DNA of 12,172 nucleotides from positions 1 to 12,172 of the forward strand of contig NW_021826658.1 in assembly GCF_006345805.1 (NCBI RefSeq), given 5' to 3'. This stretch comes from Octopus sinensis (Eukaryota). A program made the position numbers and the translations under genes. Under the pieces are notes generated by a model, which saw only the letters and a list, made by a program, of their open reading frames with translations, searched no databases and was not told the DNA's origin. Below are positions 7,677 through 12,172 of the stretch, piece by piece. Position 1 is the stretch's first letter. Every line of letters starts with the position of its first letter.

Positions 7677-7779
7677 TCTGTAGTAGAAAACAAATATGCC
7701 AAGGGTGCAGTGCACGGGAACTGAACCTGCAGCCATGTGATTGTAATGCAAGCTTCTTAACCACGCAGCCACGCTTGCA
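7677..7779 (-). mobile_element. Diverged SINE head of the CORE-like family
   Basis: Minus strand reads TGGCTGCGTGGTTAAGAAGCTTG...GGTTCAGTTCCC...CTTGGCA...TTCTACTA, giving A-box, B-box and a CORE remnant. Confidence 0.75.
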
Positions 7780-7784
7780 CATTA

Positions 7785-7811
7785 CACAAGCACACACACA
7801 TATCTCTTTCT

Positions 7812-7849
<38 letters not shown>

Positions 7850-8288
7850 CATATAAAGAGAGAGAGAGATGTATATATACATATAAATATAAATGCATAT
7901 ATATATTTATAATATGTGTGTGTGTGTAAATATGTATATATGTATGTACATATATGCATATACATTGTATACATATATATGCATATATATGTATACATGC
8001 ATATATATATATATACACACACACACATGTATATACGCATATATATGTGTACATACACACACATATATGTGTATATACAAATACACATGTGTGTATATAC
8101 ATATACACATATATATATATGTATATATACATATACATGTGTGTGTATGTATATATATATATACATACATATACACGTATATATATATATATATATATAT
8201 ACACGTATATGTATATATATACATATACGCGTATATATATTATATATATAGATACACGTATATATACGTATATATATACATATACACG

Positions 8289-8323
<35 letters not shown>

Positions 8324-8348
8324 CATACATACATACACACATATATTA
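7785..8348. repeat. ~560-bp compound (TA)n/(CA)n/(TACA)n microsatellite
   Basis: Seen directly. It is the source of the Ile/Tyr/His/Thr/Cys/Val-rich ORFs at 7588-8475. Confidence 0.97.
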
Positions 8349-8629
8349 TATAAAACCAGAGATTTAGTAAAAGACCGATAATTGTGTGTGTGTGTTCATT
8401 CCGGTATTTGTTTAAGGAAGAATTGTCTTTTATTGCTCTGCCTTTCTCTTTGAGCAATTCACTTGAGAACAGCAATCTTCCAGTCTATTTGTCCGTCCAT
8501 CCCTGGCTCTCCATCTGGTCTTCAATGCCAACGTCTAATGGTTCCTTATTGGGTTTTGATTTGTGTGTCTGCATGTATGGCCGTGTCTCTGATTGTGTGT
8601 GTGTGTATGTGTGTGTGTGTGTGTGTTTG

Positions 8630-9216
8630 CCTCGTCATCATCAAACTGCATTGTTATCGCTGTCATTATTGTCATTGCTTTTATTGTCATCATCATCAGC
8701 AGCAGCAGCAGTGGTAGCATTCATTCATTACATGCCATTATATTGAGCATTATATCATCATCATCATCATCTTCATCATTACTGCTATCATCACCGTTAT
8801 CAGCTTTAACATCATCATCATCATCATCATCACCATCATTATCAGCTTTAATATCATCATTATTATCATCATCGTCATCATCATCATTATTTTCTTCCTC
8901 CTTATTTTCCACCCACTCCTCTTCCTCCTCATCATCATCACTGTGATCACCCTCACCCAACACCAACACCACCGATACCCCTGTCTTCATGATCATCATC
9001 ATCATCGTCATCACAATCACCTTCATCGTCCTAATCCCACCACCACCAACAACAACCCTATTGTCATCATCCACATCATCACCATCATCATCGTCATCAT
9101 CATCATCGTAATCACCTTTACCTACAACACCACCACTGACACCCCTATTGTCACGATCATGATTATCATCATCATCCATTGTCATCACAATCACCATCAT
9201 CGTCCTAACCTCACTG
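8630..9216. repeat. Degenerate (CAT)n/(CAC)n tract with a ~174-bp higher-order duplication
   Basis: GTCATCACAATCACC(T/A)TCATCGTCCTAA at 9007 and 9181. Confidence 0.9.
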
Positions 9217-10332
9217 CCACCACCAACACCACAACCACCAACACCACAACCACCAACACCACAACCACCAACACCACAACTACCAACACCACAACCACCA
9301 ACACCACACCACCACACCACAAACCAACACCACAACCACCAACACCAACCACCAAACACCACAACCACCAACACCACCAACCACCAACACCACAACCACC
9401 AACACCACAACCACCAACACCACAACCACCAACACCACAACCACCAACACCACAACCACCAACACCACAACCACCAACACCACAACCACCAACACCACAA
9501 CCACCAACACCACAACCACCAACACCACAACCACCAACACCACAACCACCAACACCACCACCACCAACACCACAACCACCAACACCACAACCACCAACAC
9601 CACAACCACCAACACCACCACCACAACACCACAACCACCAACACCACCACCACCAAACACAACCACCAACCACCAACAACAACCACCAACAACCAACCAC
9701 CACCAACACCACAACACCAACACCACAACCAACCACACCACCACCACCACCACCCCACAACCACCACACCACCACACCAACACCACAACACCAACACCAC
9801 CACCACCAACACCACAACCACCAACACCAACAACCACCAACACCACCACCACCAACACCACAACCACCACACCACAACCACCAACCACAACCACCACACC
9901 ACCACCACCAACACCACCACCAACACCACAACCACCAACACCACCACCACCACACCACAACCACCAACACCACCACCACCAACACCACAACCACCACAAC
10001 ACCACCACCAACACCACAACCACCAACACCACAACCCCCAACACCACCACCACCAACCCACAACCAACCAACACCACAACCACCAACACCACCACACCAA
10101 CACCACAACCACCAACACCACAACCCACCACACCACCACACACACCACAACCACCAACAACACACAACCAACCCACAACCACCAACACCACAACCACCAA
10201 CACCACCACCACCAACACAACCACCACACCACCACCACAACACCACAACCACCAACACCACAACCACCAACACCACAACCACCAACACCACAACCACCAA
10301 CACCACAACCACCAACACCACCACCACCAACC
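9217..10332. repeat. A/C-only 15-bp minisatellite (ACCACAACCACCAAC)n
   Basis: 1116 bp containing only A and C apart from T9281. Near-perfect units at ~9225-9300, ~9380-9610 and ~10240-10325, with degenerate units between them. Confidence 0.97.
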
Positions 10333-10785
10333 TTACCGTCATCTGCATCATCATCACTATCCACATCCTAACCCCCCTCACTCCCCACCACAACCACCGC
10401 CACCAACCTTACCGTCATCGTCCGCATCATCATAATCATCATCATCATCATCATGACCATCACCACCATCCCCATTCTAACCCCCGCAACTCACCCCCCA
10501 CACCTAACCCCCCACCACCCCATCACCATTCCATTCTTTCTCTGATCCGAATGATTAATCTAGTTATCTAGAGAGACACTGGTTGCTGCTGCTGCTGGCC
10601 TGGTATGGACAGATTTCCTGATTGAGTGCTCCAACGCTAAACTCAGGCTTTCTTTGTACCTTTTTTTCTGTTTTTGTTTGCTTTTATTTTGTTTTTGTTT
10701 TTGGTTTTCGGTTTTTGACTTTGACCACCGAAGCATGCAATCGGCTCATGGTAAAAATAATGGGTCGATCCATTTATCTGTCGGA

Positions 10786-10910
10786 TTATTTCATTCTTTC
10801 CGCGCTCGCGTCGGTGTCGTCTGTCTCCTTGTCTTTTGGCAATGACGTCCACTCCTTGCTCTCCACGTTGCTCAAGGAAATACGCCGGCGTCTCGGGCTT
10901 TCAATTAATT
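10786..10910 (-). CDS. Candidate terminal coding exon of an unidentified gene: (x)LIESPRRRRISLSNVESKEWTSLPKDKETDDTDASAERMK*
   Basis: Minus-strand acceptor TTCTTCCTTCATAATATAG (AG at plus 10911-10912). 2 nt complete a split codon, then 40 sense codons and TAA (10786-10788). The other two frames stop within three codons of this acceptor. There are 12 CpGs in 125 bp in an otherwise repetitive region, and the peptide has mixed, natural-looking composition. No homology recognised. Confidence 0.45.
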
Positions 10911-10929
10911 CTATATTATGAAGGAAGAA

Positions 10930-11550
10930 TTTCAGGTGGGGGGGGTGAGGATGACGGCGGGGAAGGTGATGATGAGGATGATGATGATGATGGTGATGGT
11001 GGTGGTGATCGTGATCGTGATGATGTTAATAATGATGTTGATGATGATGTTGATGATGATGGTGGTGGTGGTGGTGGTGGTAGTGGTGGTGGTGGTGATC
11101 GTGATGATATTAATAATGATGTTGATGATGGTGGTGGTGGTGGTGATTGTGATGAAGATGATGGTGTGGTTAATAATGATGTTGATGATGATTGTGGTAA
11201 TGGTTGTGGTAATGGTGGTGGTGGTGAGGATGACGGTGGAAGAGGATAATGATGATGATGATGGTGGTGGTGATGAAGATGCTGGTGATGTTAATAATGA
11301 TGTTGATGATGGTTGTGGAAATGGTAGTAGTGGTGGTGATGATGATGGTAACGATGATGATGATGAAGATGGTAATGATGATGATGATGATGATGGTAAC
11401 GATGATGATGATGAAGATGGTAATGATGATGATGATGATGATGGTAACGATGATGAAGGTGATAAGAAGATGATGGTGAAGATGGTAAGGATGAACATTA
11501 AAAAGATGATGTTGATGTTGATGTCGATGATGAAAAGGATGATGATAACG
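10930..11550. repeat. (GAT)n/(GGT)n tract with internal higher-order repeats
   Basis: GTTAATAATGATGTTGATGATG-type unit recurs about four times. GGTAAC recurs with a 48-bp period (11347, 11395, 11443). Confidence 0.95.
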
Positions 11551-11553
11551 GTA

Positions 11554-11768
11554 CATCACCATCATCTTCTTCTCGTCACCATCACCACCATCATCATCTT
11601 AATATCTGCCATTATCATTACTATCATCATATTCATCATCATCATCTTTGTCATCGTCATCATCATCATTATCATCATCTTTACTTCATTATCATCATCA
11701 TCTTTGTCGTCGTCATCATCATCATTGCCATCATCATCATCATCATCATTAACATCGCCATCATCATA
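11554..11768. repeat. (CAT)n tract in opposite polarity to the preceding (GAT)n tract
   Basis: Seen directly: the polarity switch occurs at GATAACGGTACATCACC (~11544-11560). Confidence 0.95.
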
Positions 11769-11829
11769 ATGATCTCCATGTGCACTTGATGCTTTTTACG
11801 CATCTGTGTCATGGGTGCGTTGACACAAT

Positions 11830-11920
11830 ACCAGCACGGGTGCATTAACACAGCAGCGGCACAAGTGTATTAATACAGCACTGGCACAGGTGTGTTAATG
11901 CAGTGCCAGCACGGGTGTCC
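11830..11920. repeat. 25-bp minisatellite, about 4 degenerate copies
   Basis: GCAC(G/A)(G/A)GTG starts at 11834, 11859, 11884 and 11909; the first three copies continue with TTAA and CAG. Confidence 0.8.
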
Positions 11921-12172
11921 AGTAGCAGAAATAAGTAAATAAAAAAAGGGTAAAAGTAGGAGGAATGAATTATCTCAGCCACCCTGTGACCATTCAAAGA
12001 CTAAGTAACAAAAATAATTTCAGAAGCTTTTATTCTTTGCTTTTATCACTAAGGGTATGAGACATTCCGACGCAGCAGTTTTGGCACCACCTGTTTGGCA
12101 TCACGGATTTGACTGGAGATGTTTTAGTGTTTCCTTTATTTTAATCTTTCTCTCTCTCTCTCTCTCCCTCTT

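Noticed and set aside
7588-8475. Ile/Tyr/Cys/His-rich ORFs
   Set aside because: These are translations of the (TA)/(CA) microsatellite.
8495-8520. 17/20-nt similarity to 10842-10861 (peptides ESQGWT vs ESKEWT)
   Set aside because: The match does not extend and is within chance expectation for a 12-kb window.
8721-10571. Long ORFs of 342-547 aa resembling mucin, extensin or Cys/Gly-rich proteins
   Set aside because: An A/C-only 15-mer lacks stop codons in all six frames by composition. There is no unique domain, signal peptide or splice support.
10622-10921. 99-aa hydrophobic plus-strand ORF
   Set aside because: Non-ATG start, hydrophobicity comes from a T-rich low-complexity stretch, and it is the antisense shadow of the better-supported minus-strand exon.
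10836-11769. Asp/Gly-rich, poly-Met and poly-Ser ORFs resembling acidic biomineralisation proteins
   Set aside because: They are trinucleotide repeats open in several frames at once, with no unique coding context on the plus strand.

Overview
This window is eukaryotic, very repeat-rich genomic DNA. The SINE families, as I recognise them from memory without a database search, point to an octopod cephalopod (probably Octopus). Most of the window is tRNA-derived SINEs of several families, non-autonomous DNA transposons (a piggyBac-type TTAA MITE, a long-TIR MITE with an 8-bp TSD, a Helentron-type fragment), and di-, tri- and 15-nucleotide tandem repeats. Almost all ORFs in the six-frame track are artefacts of these repeats. 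No complete gene, RNA gene or CRISPR array is supported. The best coding candidate is a CpG-rich 125-bp terminal-type exon on the minus strand (10786-10910) with unknown product. The clearest structures read directly from the sequence are: (i) a nested transposon stack at 3495-5101; (ii) inside it, a fold-back scar of strictly alternating inverted 11-mers; (iii) a foldback MITE with bipartite TIRs around telomere-like CCCTAA repeats; (iv) a 1.1-kb tract made almost entirely of A and C; and (v) mutually complementary microsatellite arms on either side of the candidate exon. I found no evidence of a new multi-gene biological system.
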